Under the pieces are notes generated by a model. The model had not been told where the DNA came from. It searched no databases and saw nothing but the letters and a program-made list of their open reading frames with translations. Positions 12,772 to 13,080 of a stretch of DNA of 13,080 bases are shown piece by piece. Position 1 is the stretch's first letter; the number at the start of each line of letters is the position of its first letter. This stretch comes from a virus (Duplodnaviria; Heunggongvirae; Uroviricota; Caudoviricetes). The stretch lies in IMG/VR virus record IMGVR_UViG_2563366976_000005. One strand, given 5' to 3'. A program made the translations under genes and the position numbers.

Positions 12772-13080
12772 ACCGCCCCGGGAATCCTGGAGACTAAACT
12801 TCCTGAGAAAGAGGTAAACAGGATGACTAAAAATACTCGTTTTTCCCCTGAAGTCCGTCAACGGGCAGTCCGTATGGTTCTGGAAAGTCAGGGCGAATAT
12901 GACTCACAATGGGCGACAATTTGTTCCATTGCTCCAAAGATTGGCTGTACGCCGGAGACTCTGCGTGTCTGGGTTCGCCAGCATGAGCGGGATACCGGGG
13001 GCGGTGATGGAGGGCTCACCACCGCTGAACGTCAGCGTCTGAAAGAGCTGGAACGTGAAAATCGTGAACTGCGCCGCAGT
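12769..13080 (+). mobile_element. IS3-family insertion sequence, IS629/IS1203-like; left end only, continues past the window
   Basis: The terminal repeat tgaaccgccccgggaatcctggagactaaac and the OrfA sequence match IS629 by recall. The TG terminus is typical of the IS3 family. Confidence 0.85.
12823..13080 (+). CDS. IS629-like transposase OrfA (partial, 86 codons in the window)
   Basis: [86 protein letters not shown]. It has an HTH followed by a leucine zipper, typical of IS3 OrfA. The SD is gaggtaaacaggATG. It is absent from the ORF track because it runs off the window end. Confidence 0.85.
   Translation, partial: MTKNTRFSPEVRQRAVRMVLESQGEYDSQWATICSIAPKIGCTPETLRVWVRQHERDTGGGDGGLTTAERQRLKELERENRELRRS

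Larger units (their letters stand above)
1331..13080. mobile_element. Lambdoid prophage, left (int-proximal) part; it continues beyond the window
   Basis: The order attL, int, xis, recombination genes, immunity region and replication genes matches an integrated lambda. The right end is not in the window. Confidence 0.95.

Noticed and set aside
1-13080. Search for tRNA, rRNA, CRISPR, retron-like or DGR-like repeats
   Set aside because: I saw no cloverleaf-capable segments, no long direct repeats other than the ori iterons, and no reverse-transcriptase-like ORF on either strand.

Overview
This window holds the left end of a lambdoid prophage sitting at the classical E. coli lambda attachment site, next to the chromosomal lipoprotein gene ybhC (1..1284, -). 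attL (B arm, core, lambda P' arm) is at about 1321..1420. The prophage is a mosaic. Lambda-like blocks, recognised from memory of lambda proteins and sequence, are int-xis-orf55, then the ea22 N-terminus through orf73(TraR-like)-orf61-orf63-orf60a-exo-bet-gam, then the C-terminal half of O plus P. Two non-lambda blocks interrupt them. (1) Accessory region 2930..4950: a promoter-to-terminator moron-like cassette, a 191-aa zinc-ribbon protein, and a 251-aa protein with colinear tRNA-guanine-transglycosylase (TGT/DpdA-like) motifs. (2) A heterologous immunity region, 8140..11680: a KilR-like gene, pL/oL, a low-GC lipoprotein gene in the lambda rexAB position, a cI-type HTH-S24 repressor, a YdaS-like Cro, a YdaT-like CII analogue, and a new O N-terminal domain with five new iterons. 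No N or cIII gene is visible. A near-perfect boxA sits at the nutR position with no boxB hairpin. An IS3-family element (IS629/IS1203-like) begins at 12769, and its first three bases form the stop codon that ends P 8 codons early. The attL core has 5 T rather than the canonical 6. All family assignments rest on motif reading and recall. No database search was run.
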